Source: Solirubrobacterales bacterium
GTDB lineage: Bacteria > Actinomycetota > Thermoleophilia > Solirubrobacterales > 70-9
DNA: 64,000 nucleotides
NCBI GenBank assembly: GCA_035703365.1
Contig: DASSYI010000007.1
Coordinates: 1,696-65,695 of the forward strand
Direction: 5' to 3'
Part shown: positions 53,917 to 61,141 of the stretch, piece by piece
How the letters are laid out: every line of letters starts with the position of its first letter
Position numbering within the stretch: position 1 is the first letter of the stretch
Position numbers and translations under genes: made by a program
Notes under the pieces: generated by a model
What the model was told of the DNA's origin: nothing
Databases searched by the model: none
Seen by the model: only the letters and a program-made list of their open reading frames with translations

Positions 53917-55792
53917 ATTTGCTGGCGGTGGCGGTAGCGCTGGTGTAGCCGGTCGAGGCGGCGGTGATCGTGTGGGTGAAGCTGCCGCTCGCCGGCGGTT
54001 TGTAGGTGAATTCGGCGGTCGAGAGCGCGGCGCCCGTTTCCGGGATTGCGATCGGCGAACCGGTGATGGTGCTGCCGGAGGTGGCGGTGACGGTTACCGA
54101 TTTGCCGGCCAGGTTGGAGACGAGGTTGCCGACGCTGTCGGTGATCGAGACCTTGGCTTTGACCGTGCCGGCGTTGGTCAGCGCGGTGATCGTGCAGGTG
54201 AAGAAGCAGGTGGAGCTGACCGAGCCCGGAGTGGCCGTCAGGCCCGAGAAGGCGACCCGGTTGGCGGCGCCGGTCGAGACCGTGAGGGCGAGCGCGGCGG
54301 CGGTCGAGATCGTTCCGTCGCTCGCGGTGACGCTGGCCGTCTCCACCTTGTTCAGTTTCGTGAACCCGTTTTTGGAGGAGGCCGGCGTGGCGACGCCGTT
54401 GGTGAAGGTGAGCGCCGCCGCGGTGCCGAAGTTGACCGCGGTGCCGGCGGCGTTGACGACCGTCGGCAGGGCGCCGCTGGGGCTGGCGGTGGCACCGGCG
54501 AAGGTGATGCTCTTCGAGCCCGCGTATCCGGTCGCCGTGTTGCCGTAGACGTCCTGCGCGGTGGTCGTCAGGTTGAACCCGGTCGCCGCCACCGGCGTCG
54601 CGGTCGAGGAGGAGAGGACGAGCTTGGTCGCCGTGCCCGCCGCCACCGTCACGGTCACGGCGGTCGGGGTGGTGAGCGCTTCCTCGGTTGCTTTGACGCT
54701 GGTCGAACCAGACTTGTAGAGCTTCATCCCGCCGCCGTCGGCTTCGCTCGCTTTGGCGACGCCGGCGGTGAAGTCGAGCGTCGTTGCGGCGCCGAAGGCG
54801 ATGTCGGCGCCGGTCGAGTCGCTGACCGTCGGGTTGGTCCCGCTGGGGCTGGCGGAGGCGCCGGAGAAGACGAGGCTGTGGGCGCCGGTGTAGGAGGTGG
54901 CGGTGTTCCCATAGGTGTCCTGCGCGGTCGTCGTCAGCTCGTCGACGGCGCCGGCGGTCGGGGTTGCCGAGGCGGCCGCGAGGACGAATTTGGAAGCGGT
55001 GGTGGCGGCGACCGTGATTGCCGGCGGGTTCGGCGTCGTCACCGCGCCCTCGGTGGCGACGATGTTCGCGGTGCCCGCCTGGTAAAGCCTGACGACTCCG
55101 TTTTTACTGGAAGAGACGGTAGCGACGCCCGTGGTGAAGCTGATCGCGGTCGCAGTGCCGAAGTTCGTGGCGGTCCCGGAGCTATTGGCGACCGTCGGTT
55201 TGGTGCCGCTCGCCGAGGCGTTGGCGCCGGAGAAGACGAGCGAGTGCGAGCCGACGTAGGTCGTGACGGTGTTCCCGGCTTCGTCCTTGGCGGTGATCGT
55301 CAGGTTGCTGGTGCCGCCGGCGGCGATGTTGGTCGCGCTGGCCGCGACGGTGAACGAGGTAACCGCGCCGACGGTGATTTTCGACGTTTTGCCGGCGCTG
55401 GTCACTTTCCAGGTGCGCCAGATCGCAGTCACTTCGTAGACGTGTTCGCCGATCGGAACGGCACCGTCGGTGCAGGTCGTGACCGCCGTCGGCGCCGACT
55501 GTTCGGGGCAGTTGCCGGCCGGTTTGCCGCCGTCGCGGGTCACGTAGTAGGTCACGGTCCCTTCCCCCGGGGGCGTCATCGCGCTCCAGGTGAGGCTGAC
55601 GGCGCCCCCGGCCGCCGGGGTGGCGGCGGTGATCGTCGGCGCGGTCAGTTTCGAGACGGCTGCGGCAGCGTTGCCGGTGCCACTGCCGGAGAAGTAGGCG
55701 ATCGCGGTACCCGCCAGGGCGACGGCAAGCACGCCGAGGAGGAAGCCGGCGACGCCGCTGCGGCGGACGCGTTTCGACCCCGGCCGCTTCAT
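53915..55792 (-). CDS. Exported surface protein with FN3-like domain and tandem Ig-like repeats
   Basis: 625-aa, Thr/Ala/Ser/Gly-rich ORF with an N-terminal anchor/leader ...LAVALAGTAIAYFSGSGTG. It has three roughly 120-aa repeats plus a degenerate fourth. Confidence 0.8.
   Translation of the reverse strand: MKRPGSKRVRRSGVAGFLLGVLAVALAGTAIAYFSGSGTGNAAAAVSKLTAPTITAATPAAGGAVSLTWSAMTPPGEGTVTYYVTRDGGKPAGNCPEQSAPTAVTTCTDGAVPIGEHVYEVTAIWRTWKVTSAGKTSKITVGAVTSFTVAASATNIAAGGTSNLTITAKDEAGNTVTTYVGSHSLVFSGANASASGTKPTVANSSGTATNFGTATAISFTTGVATVSSSKNGVVRLYQAGTANIVATEGAVTTPNPPAITVAATTASKFVLAAASATPTAGAVDELTTTAQDTYGNTATSYTGAHSLVFSGASASPSGTNPTVSDSTGADIAFGAATTLDFTAGVAKASEADGGGMKLYKSGSTSVKATEEALTTPTAVTVTVAAGTATKLVLSSSTATPVAATGFNLTTTAQDVYGNTATGYAGSKSITFAGATASPSGALPTVVNAAGTAVNFGTAAALTFTNGVATPASSKNGFTKLNKVETASVTASDGTISTAAALALTVSTGAANRVAFSGLTATPGSVSSTCFFTCTITALTNAGTVKAKVSITDSVGNLVSNLAGKSVTVTATSGSTITGSPIAIPETGAALSTAEFTYKPPASGSFTHTITAASTGYTSATATASK
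54278..55366 (-). repeat. Three tandem coding repeats of about 360 bp (Ig-like modules)
   Basis: Repeat signature: LT(I/T)TA(K/Q)D..GNT.T.Y.G.(H/K)S(L/I).F.GA.AS.SG..PTV....G....FG.A....FT.GVA, seen three times (about aa 143-262, 263-384 and 385-505). Confidence 0.75.
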
Positions 55793-56619
55793 CCGCGTGC
55801 CTCACCGCTGAAGGCGAGCCGGACGGCGGCGCCCTGGCAGGCGTTCTGGTCACTGGGCAGTTCGCGCAGCGCCAGTGTGGGGGCGGCGGCGGAACCGCTC
55901 GGCAGGCTGGCGCTGCCGCCGGCGGGGACGACGAGCGGCGCCGCGGCGCTGAGGCTCGCCGGCGTGACCGCGAAGTTGGGGTCGGCGGGGCATCCCGGGG
56001 GGTCCGGGGAGACGGCGACGGTGAGCGCGGTGACTTCGATCGGCACCGGGTTCGGGTTGCCGATCCGCACCGGCAGCTGCTGCGCCGGGGCGCCGGGCAT
56101 CAGGTCCTGCAGCGAGCTCGTGTCGGGGTCGATCGTGAACCCCTTCGGCTCCAGCTGCGCCCAGCGGTAGTGGGCAGCGGGGCCGGCGAGGCCTCGCCGG
56201 TTTAGGGCCCTGACCGCGAAGGCGTGGTCGCCGGGCTCCAGGCTGCGGATGATGTGCGGGGAGGAGCAGCCGCCCCACTCGCCGCCTTCGAAACGGCACT
56301 GGAACCGGCGCCAGCGGGTCGGCGCCGGGGGCGGCGCGGTGCCAGGTTTGCCCTCGGCCGGCTTCTGGGGCGGCGGGGCGACGTGGAAGCGGAACTGGAC
56401 ATCGGCGGCGAGCCCGCCGCTGGGCGGGACTTCGATGAAGCGAGGGCGCGCCGGGCCGTCCGCCTGCCCGCGAGAGGGGCGGTTCTTCCCGCCCTTCCTC
56501 GTTGCCGGGTCGGGAAGCGTCGCGGCATAGGCGACGCTGCCGAGGCAGGCGACGGCGGCGACCAGGGCGACGATCGCCCTGGTCGCTCGGTCGGGCCCGA
56601 TGTGTCGACGCCCATGCAT
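55789..56619 (-). CDS. Exported protein sharing a C-terminal Cys-bracketed beta domain with the 156-aa neighbour
   Basis: Signal peptide AIVALVAAVACLGSVAYA, a FQCRFEGGEWGGCSSPH...GDHAFAVRA module, and a C-terminus ...SDQNACQGAAVRLAFSGE. It overlaps the downstream gene by 4 nt. Confidence 0.7.
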   Translation of the reverse strand: MHGRRHIGPDRATRAIVALVAAVACLGSVAYAATLPDPATRKGGKNRPSRGQADGPARPRFIEVPPSGGLAADVQFRFHVAPPPQKPAEGKPGTAPPPAPTRWRRFQCRFEGGEWGGCSSPHIIRSLEPGDHAFAVRALNRRGLAGPAAHYRWAQLEPKGFTIDPDTSSLQDLMPGAPAQQLPVRIGNPNPVPIEVTALTVAVSPDPPGCPADPNFAVTPASLSAAAPLVVPAGGSASLPSGSAAAPTLALRELPSDQNACQGAAVRLAFSGEARG

Positions 56620-56644
56620 CGCTCGACTTGGCCCGACCTGGTCG

Positions 56645-57115
56645 CTAGTTGCTGGAGAGCGCGAGCGTGAGTTCGGCTCCCTGGCAGGCGTTCTGGTTGA
56701 CGCCGGTGTCGTTCATGGTCAGCGTGCCTTTCGGCGTCACCGCCTGCCCGTTGCCGGGGGGAAAGGTGGCGTTGACCGCGACGGCGGGCATCGAGAAATC
56801 GGGGTTGCCGCCGGTGATGACCACGCTGCAGGTCGAGTGGCCGGCGTCGACCGTGATCCCGGCCAGAGAGATGGTGCCGACGCGCTGGGCGCCACCCGAC
56901 GGGTTGTCCACGGTGAAGGAGACCTGCGAGGAGGCGCCGGGGTAGAGGTTGCCGGCGACGGTCCCTTTCAAGGTGACCGCCGAGCTGGTCCCGACTTTGG
57001 CGGTTGCCGTTCCCGAGCCGGTGCTCGTGAAGTAGGCGTACGCGACGGCGGCGAGGGCCAGAGCGCCAAGGCAGCCGATGACGGCGAGCGCCCGTTTACT
57101 GGTGAGGTGGTGCAT
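56645..57115 (-). CDS. Small exported protein (candidate major subunit; TasA/camelysin-like leader)
   Basis: 156-aa ORF with leader ...LALAAVAYAYFTSTGSGTA and C-terminus ...VNQNACQGAELTLALSSN. It is the first gene of the three-gene cluster. Confidence 0.7.
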   Translation of the reverse strand: MHHLTSKRALAVIGCLGALALAAVAYAYFTSTGSGTATAKVGTSSAVTLKGTVAGNLYPGASSQVSFTVDNPSGGAQRVGTISLAGITVDAGHSTCSVVITGGNPDFSMPAVAVNATFPPGNGQAVTPKGTLTMNDTGVNQNACQGAELTLALSSN

Positions 57116-57267
57116 GGGTTCTCATTTCGTTCAAATGCGAGCGCTGAAACGCTCCGGATTGCCCCCTCATCGACAATCTGTCCAGCTGGCTTAAGTTTTG
57201 AGCGGTTGGGTGTTACCGAGCAGATCGGGAAGTCAGTTCGGTTGCATCTCTACATCGCGCTGCGGGT

Positions 57268-57687
57268 ATGCCGAAACAGATTGAGATGCCGGCCGAGCGC
57301 GACAGAGAGGTCTTGAAGATGACGTTGCCGGCCGAGCCGGCCTCGGTGCCGGCCTTGAGGCGCAGGACCTCCAACTTCGCCGCGGCTCAGGGAGCCGGCC
57401 GGGAGCTGGTGGCCGACGTCGCCCTCGCCGTCTCCGAGGCGGTGACCAACGCGGTCAAGTACGCGAAGGTGAGCGGGACCGAATCGGTCCTCGACCTCTG
57501 CGCCGCGCGCCGCGGCGACTGGCTGGAGGTGCGGGTCCGGGACCGCGGCGAGGGGTTCGGCAAAGGCTCGCCCGACGGCCTCGGCCTGGGTCTTTCGATC
57601 ATCGCCCGCCTCGCGACCGACCTGCGGATCGTGCAGGAAGGGGAGGGGACCGAGGTGCGGATGCGATTCCCGCTCCCCGCGGGTTGA
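57268..57687 (+). CDS. Anti-sigma regulatory factor-type Ser/Thr kinase (HATPase_c_2)
   Basis: N-box SEAVTNAVKYA, G1 box DRGEGF and G2 box GLGLSIIARL in a 139-aa ORF. The start may be the internal Met. Confidence 0.7.
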   Translation: MPKQIEMPAERDREVLKMTLPAEPASVPALRRRTSNFAAAQGAGRELVADVALAVSEAVTNAVKYAKVSGTESVLDLCAARRGDWLEVRVRDRGEGFGKGSPDGLGLGLSIIARLATDLRIVQEGEGTEVRMRFPLPAG

Positions 57688-57697
57688 GCCGCCGCGG

Positions 57698-58285
57698 CTA
57701 GCGACCCCTCGCACGGGGCATCTTGAAGAGGCTATGGCTGCTTGAGACATTGGTGCCCTCTTCGCCGGACTCCAAGATCCGCGCAGCGCTGCGGGCCTCG
57801 ACCTCGAGAAGCTCCAGCCGGGCCTTTTCCTGGACCTCGAGCGCTTCCTGCAAGCCCTCCTCGTCGAGGACCAGGGGGGTGCGGGTGAGGTGGAAGTCCT
57901 TGTCGCCGCCGATCAGCTGCGCCTTCGCCGAGACGACGAAGTCGTTGATCATCTTCTGCATGATTTCGCCGAGGATTCCCTCGGCCACCAGCGGGTCCAG
58001 CTCTTCCCACTCCTCGGTGTCGATCAGGTGGCGCTCGGTGGCGCGGTAGAAATGCTCCAGCGCACCCCGCACTGGTCGGGTGCTGACCAGCTCGGCGCAC
58101 TCGAATCCGACCAGCTGTTTGGTGTGGTAGCTGACGTTTGACAGGTCCTCGTCGAGCTCGCGCGCCATTTCGGCTGGGCTCGCGGTGCGGTCCGCGAGGA
58201 TGCGAAGAATCGAAGCCCGCAGCGGATGGCTCATCGCCTTGATCCGGTTTTCGGTGGCTTTACGGCGCTGAGATTTCGTCGACAT
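57698..58285 (-). CDS. ArsR-family winged-helix transcriptional regulator with C-terminal extension
   Basis: HPLRASILRILADRTASPAEMARELDEDLSNVSYHTKQL in a 195-aa ORF. Confidence 0.8.
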   Translation of the reverse strand: MSTKSQRRKATENRIKAMSHPLRASILRILADRTASPAEMARELDEDLSNVSYHTKQLVGFECAELVSTRPVRGALEHFYRATERHLIDTEEWEELDPLVAEGILGEIMQKMINDFVVSAKAQLIGGDKDFHLTRTPLVLDEEGLQEALEVQEKARLELLEVEARSAARILESGEEGTNVSSSHSLFKMPRARGR

Positions 58286-58528
58286 CGCTCTTCCTTATCG
58301 AGGGCTGATTACTGGCGAGGCTTTGATCCTAACTGGATCACTGGACATCGTGTAAAAATCAGCCTGTATTGCTGAAAATTATCTCAATGGTGGAACCAGA
58401 CTCACCAAACTCCCGGTCCACCCACAGAGAGTCGATAGCCGGGGAGGAGGTGAAGACGGATGGATCTCCGCACCGAGCGCGTGGCGCCCCACGATTCGAT
58501 CGCCAAGGGCAGCTAGACACCAGCCGTC

Positions 58529-58557
58529 AAGGCCGGCCTCAGACCGAGGCCGGCCTT
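58529..58557. terminator. GC-rich hairpin downstream of the NlpC/P60 gene
   Basis: AAGGCCGGCCTC-agacc-GAGGCCGGCCTT gives a 12-bp stem, 17 nt past the NlpC/P60 stop. The T-run lies on the + strand, so orientation is ambiguous. Confidence 0.6.
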
Positions 58558-58573
58558 TTAAGTTCGCCCGCCG

Positions 58574-59290
58574 CTACAGCCCGGGCGGGTGCCGGGCGAC
58601 GAACCCGGCGGTCGAGACGGTCGCCAGGTGCCAGCGCGGCCCGGAGCCCTGTTCGGCGCCGACGGTGTCGAAGCGCAGGCCGGCGATTTCGACGAAGGTG
58701 TGGCCGGGGTTGGCGTAGACGGTGATCCACTTTCCGCGCCCTGGCGCTCCCCAGCGCATCAGATCGCCGGAGGTGAGCGGCTGGGGGATCAGGCCGCCGC
58801 CGAAGAGGGCGAAGCTGACGGCGCCGGAGCAGTCGTAGGAGTTGCTGTAGAAGGAGGCGTGGCCGCCGCCCCAGACGTATGGGCGGCCGACGATCGTGTT
58901 GGCGGCGTTGATCGCGCCCTGCACCGGTTCGGGGGCGTCCGGCGGCGCCAGGGCGACGCCGGTGAGGAGGATCGCGGTCGAGTTCGGGTCGCCGCCGCGG
59001 CGGTGGGCGAAGATCTCCGCCGGGCTGAGCCCTGAGGAGTGGGGGACGTGGGTGCCGTTGCTCCCGGCCGAGGCCGGCGGCAGCACCGTCGGGTCGGCAG
59101 CGATTTCCTCCGGCGTCGGCATGTCCGCCTTCTTCCCCGCCGGGCGCGGCGCGGCGGCCGGCGCCGCTTCGATCCGGTGCCGCGCTTCGACCATCGCCAG
59201 GCTGTCGCTCAGCGTGCTCGCGGCCTGGTTGCCGCCGCTGACGCCGACCAGAGCGATCGCTACCTGCAGGACTGCTGCCGTCGGACCCAT
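58574..59290 (-). CDS. Secreted NlpC/P60 (C40) peptidoglycan endopeptidase
   Basis: GRPYVWGGGH...YDCSGAVSFAL (catalytic Cys) and GHTFVEI (His), with an N-terminal signal-like segment. Confidence 0.88.
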   Translation of the reverse strand: MGPTAAVLQVAIALVGVSGGNQAASTLSDSLAMVEARHRIEAAPAAAPRPAGKKADMPTPEEIAADPTVLPPASAGSNGTHVPHSSGLSPAEIFAHRRGGDPNSTAILLTGVALAPPDAPEPVQGAINAANTIVGRPYVWGGGHASFYSNSYDCSGAVSFALFGGGLIPQPLTSGDLMRWGAPGRGKWITVYANPGHTFVEIAGLRFDTVGAEQGSGPRWHLATVSTAGFVARHPPGL

Positions 59291-59313
59291 TCCCGTTGCA
59301 AGACTACGCGCCC

Positions 59314-59466
59314 GTGAAACTCCTGCTGGTCCCGCTGGCGATCATCGCCTTCGTCCTCTTCCTCCTGGTCCTCGGGGCGATCGGCCTGGCGATCTCCTTC
59401 GCCGTCATCTACTTGGTCGGCGGCGCCTGGCGCCTCGTCTCCGGTGGCCGCCGCCGCAATCGCTGA
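59314..59466 (+). CDS. Untracked 50-aa membrane mini-ORF
   Basis: GTG start. My translation is MKLLLVPLAIIAFVLFLLVLGAIGLAISFAVIYLVGGAWRLVSGGRRRNR. It could instead be non-coding leader sequence. Confidence 0.3.
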   Translation: MKLLLVPLAIIAFVLFLLVLGAIGLAISFAVIYLVGGAWRLVSGGRRRNR

Positions 59467-59551
59467 TCTTGTCCCGGCGCCGTTTGCGGCTCCTCGTAAC
59501 GGGAAAAACTTCCTTAAGGGAAGGGAAACCAACGGAGAGAGGTGTGGGGCG

Positions 59552-60772
59552 ATGGCCCAGGAGACCAAACGGAAAAGCAACCGCAGCCGGTCGAAATCGA
59601 ATGCCTCGCAGGGGAAAAGGAAAAAACCGACCCGGCGGGGCAACCAGGGCAGCGGCCGCAACAAAAGCCCGACCGAGAAGAGGGACCGGCAGCGCGAAAG
59701 CTCCGTGAACGGGGAGCGGCAGAGCGAGATCCGCAACCAGGGCTCTGACAAAACCATGCCCGAGCGGATGTACGAGGACTACACGCTCGTCGATCCGGTC
59801 GAAATCAGCGACACCGACGAGCCTGACGTGATCGTCGATGTTCCCGTCGTCAAGGTCGACGAGATCCACTTCGAGCTCGACGACCTTATGGCGCGGGTCT
59901 CGTTGCACGCCGAGGTTCTCGACCTGGTCAAGCTGAGCGTCGGGGTCCACGTCGAGCTCGGCAAGGTCGAACTCAACATCAAAGGCGTCGAAGCGCAGGC
60001 CCTGATGCGGGCGCGGCTCGACCACGTGACGGCGATCATCGATCGCGTCCTGACCACGCTCGACCGCAACCCCGACGTGCTGCAAGAGATCGCGAAGTCG
60101 CTCAAACCGATTTCCGAGGGCGCCGGCAAGGCGGTCGGCGAAGTCGGCGAGGGGGCCAACAAAGCGGTCGGCCAGATCGGCGAAGGCGCCGGCAGCGCGG
60201 TCGAGGACGTCGGCGAGGGCGCCGGGGGCGCCGTCAAAGACGTCGGCAAAGGCGCAGGCGGAGCTGTCGAAGATGTCGGCGGCGGTGCCGGAAAAGCCGT
60301 CGGCGAGGTAGGCGAAGGTGCCAACAAAGCGGTCGGCCAGGTCGGCGAAGGCGCCGGCGATGCCGTCGGCGGTCTCGGCGAAGGCGCCGGCCAGGCGGTC
60401 GGTGGGCTCGGCCAGGGAGCCGGGGCGCTCGGCGGGCTGGCGGGCCTGAGCTCGGGTGGCGGCAACGGCGGTGGAAACGGCGGCAACGGCGAAGGCAGCT
60501 CAGGCGGGTTCGCCAAACAGATCGCCAAGCTCGTCGCCAAAGAAATCGGCGCTGCCGCGACGGACGAGGCCAAAGAGCTCGGCCTCGCCGCCACCCACAA
60601 GGCGATGGAGCTCGGCGAGCGGCGGCGTCAGCGGCGGGCGGCGAAACACAATGCCACCGAGGCTGCGCTGCGCAAGGCCGAGGAGCACGGGGTCGACATC
60701 GACAACGTCGACGGCACCGGCGCCGAAGGCCGCGTCACGGTCCACGACGTCGAGAAGGCGGCGGCCTCGTGA
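59552..60772 (+). CDS. Basic-tail / 11-mer-repeat protein with C-terminal E3-binding (PSBD)-like module
   Basis: ATG at 59552 follows GGAGAGAGG. The layout is a roughly 68-aa Lys/Arg/Ser-rich N-terminus, a beta-rich core, ten EGAGKAVGEVG-type 11-mers, a Gly/Asn linker, and C-terminal ATEAALRKAEEHGVDIDNVDGTGAEGRVTVHDVEKA. Confidence 0.75.
   Translation: MAQETKRKSNRSRSKSNASQGKRKKPTRRGNQGSGRNKSPTEKRDRQRESSVNGERQSEIRNQGSDKTMPERMYEDYTLVDPVEISDTDEPDVIVDVPVVKVDEIHFELDDLMARVSLHAEVLDLVKLSVGVHVELGKVELNIKGVEAQALMRARLDHVTAIIDRVLTTLDRNPDVLQEIAKSLKPISEGAGKAVGEVGEGANKAVGQIGEGAGSAVEDVGEGAGGAVKDVGKGAGGAVEDVGGGAGKAVGEVGEGANKAVGQVGEGAGDAVGGLGEGAGQAVGGLGQGAGALGGLAGLSSGGGNGGGNGGNGEGSSGGFAKQIAKLVAKEIGAAATDEAKELGLAATHKAMELGERRRQRRAAKHNATEAALRKAEEHGVDIDNVDGTGAEGRVTVHDVEKAAAS
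60119..60448 (+). repeat. Ten tandem 33-bp coding repeats
   Basis: GGCGCCGGCAAGGCGGTCGGCGAAGTCGGCGAG and nine diverged copies lie head to tail, encoding (E/K/G)GA(G/N)xAV(G/E/K)x(V/I/L)G. Confidence 0.9.
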
Positions 60773-61074
60773 GCGGCCGCCGTCCCGACCTCGAGTTCTT
60801 CACCTCGGTGAAGGCGAAGGAGGTCGAGTTCGGGAAGGTGCCGGAGAAGCGGAAGGTCACCTACTACGGCGAGCCGGGCCACGAGACCGAGGTGCACGTG
60901 GAGCGGGAGAACATCCCTGAGGAGCCCGAGGAGGGAGTCGTCTACCGCGACGTCAAGGTCGACTGGGCGGTGGAGCAGTGGGTCGTCCACCCGGCCGAAG
61001 CCGAGGGCTACGAGGCCGAGGATGTTGCGCGGGAAGTGGAGGAGCGGCGAAGGCGGGAATCGGAGGCGGACTGA
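60769..61074 (+). CDS. Acidic hypothetical protein, translationally coupled to the repeat protein
   Basis: 101-aa ORF whose GTG overlaps the upstream TGA (GTGA). It is Glu-rich. Confidence 0.5.
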   Translation: MSGRRPDLEFFTSVKAKEVEFGKVPEKRKVTYYGEPGHETEVHVERENIPEEPEEGVVYRDVKVDWAVEQWVVHPAEAEGYEAEDVAREVEERRRRESEAD

Positions 61075-61141
61075 GTTTGGGCTGGCGGCCGCGCGTCCCG
61101 TGCGCGCGGCCGCCGCCATGTCCTCAGGGCCAGCCCTGGCG

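Noticed and set aside
58286-58528. A 240-nt non-coding stretch containing tracked ORF 58369-58725 and ending in a strong hairpin, considered as an sRNA or small-protein gene.
   Set aside because: The ORF translation is Arg/Gly-rich and runs antisense into the NlpC/P60 gene. The stretch is most simply the NlpC/P60 terminator followed by the AT-rich promoter of the ArsR-family gene, all on the minus strand. I recognised no conserved RNA motif.
59291-59551. Possible cyclic-di-AMP (ydaO-type) riboswitch upstream of the NlpC/P60 gene, as is common in Actinobacteria.
   Set aside because: Reading the minus strand, I could not find the conserved ydaO elements that I remember (paired ACGGGGA/CCCA and CCGAA-type segments). 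The region is better explained by a hydrophobic mini-ORF or the promoter of the divergent gene. A covariance-model scan (Rfam RF00379) would settle it.
60119-60448. Regular 33-bp repeats considered as a possible CRISPR array.
   Set aside because: The units are directly adjacent with no spacers and are diverged copies of each other. They lie in frame inside a long ORF encoding 11-residue repeats, and no cas genes are nearby.
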